IMG/VR virus record: IMGVR_UViG_3300031811_000011
Coordinates: 1-25,174 of that record
Direction: 5' to 3' (one strand)
Source of the DNA: a virus
Taxonomy: Duplodnaviria; Caudoviricetes
DNA length: 25,174 bases
Shown: piece by piece, positions 24,927-25,174 of the stretch
How the letters are laid out: every line of letters begins with the position of its first letter
Position numbering within the stretch: the stretch's first letter is position 1
Made by a program: the position numbers and the translations under genes
Notes under the pieces: model-generated
The model's input: only the letters and a program-made list of their open reading frames with translations
Told to the model about the DNA's origin: nothing
Databases searched by the model: none

Positions 24927-25035
24927 ATTCTTTTGATACCCTTATTGGTGGACATTTACCTTTAGCTTTCTTGCGCCCTTTGGGAGTGGCGCACATCGCC
25001 ATAAATCTAGCCTGTTTCTTTGTTTTGCTAGGCAT
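24889..25035 (-). CDS. 48-aa highly basic protein
   Basis: Hand-translated MPSKTKKQARFMAMCATPKGRKKAKGKCPPIRVSKEYARHDRGKRSSR; AGGAGA RBS; the MPxKxKKQxRFM start recurs in phage small proteins. Confidence 0.75.
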   Translation of the reverse strand: MPSKTKKQARFMAMCATPKGRKKAKGKCPPIRVSKEYARHDRGKRSSR

Positions 25036-25040
25036 TTCTC

Positions 25041-25174
25041 CTAGCCTATAACGGCGCCGGACTTCAATGTTTTCTTTCCAGCACCTATAAGCTGTCTATG
25101 CCTACCAGCAACTTTATTTCTCTGTGCTATGTATGCTTTCCAAGCTATATCACTTTTTGGCTTTATAACCTTTC
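25041..25174 (-). CDS. 3' end of a basic hypothetical protein (truncated)
   Basis: Open frame ...KVIKPKSDIAWKAYIAQRNKVAGRHRQLIGAGKKTLKSGAVIG-stop, ending at the RBS of the next gene. Confidence 0.5.
   Translation of the reverse strand, partial: KVIKPKSDIAWKAYIAQRNKVAGRHRQLIGAGKKTLKSGAVIG

Larger units (their letters stand above)
1..25174 (-). mobile_element. tailed phage (Caudoviricetes, podovirus-type) morphogenesis region
   Basis: TerL, portal, scaffold, MCP, adaptor, nozzle and fibres are co-oriented; no tape measure, sheath or host housekeeping genes in the window. Confidence 0.95.

Noticed and set aside
1-25174. CRISPR array, tRNA, DGR, integrase/att, invertible segment
   Set aside because: No spaced repeats, cloverleaf, reverse transcriptase, recombinase or long inverted repeats seen by eye; intergenic space is minimal. 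A computational scan was not possible.

Overview
The whole window is one minus-strand, tightly coupled late (morphogenesis) operon of a tailed dsDNA phage with podovirus-type gene content. It is AT-rich, with gene families typical of uncultured marine phages of Gram-negative hosts (habitat and host are inferred). Transcription order, right to left: small basic ORFs; large terminase; a ~10.7 kb block between terminase and portal (three fibre/decoration modules, small membrane proteins and a lipoprotein, two tandem IscA/HesB Fe-S carriers, a DUF115-like enzyme, a glycine-rich adhesin, two 2OG-Fe(II) oxygenases, a carbamoyltransferase); portal; scaffold; major capsid; terminator; GT9 glycosyltransferase; head-tail adaptor; a nozzle-type gene that appears split in two by an inserted fibre-like gene; an ejection-like protein; and a truncated GNAT. 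Eight ORFs missing from the supplied track were read by hand (two truncated at the window edges). The most striking pattern: three different putative fibre N-terminal domains co-occur with three kinds of short peptide carrying three evenly spaced aromatics (F/Y every 4, Y every 5, W every 7), suggesting a modular peptide-docking system for attaching trimeric fibres. This is a hypothesis. All family assignments come from motif recognition, not database searches.
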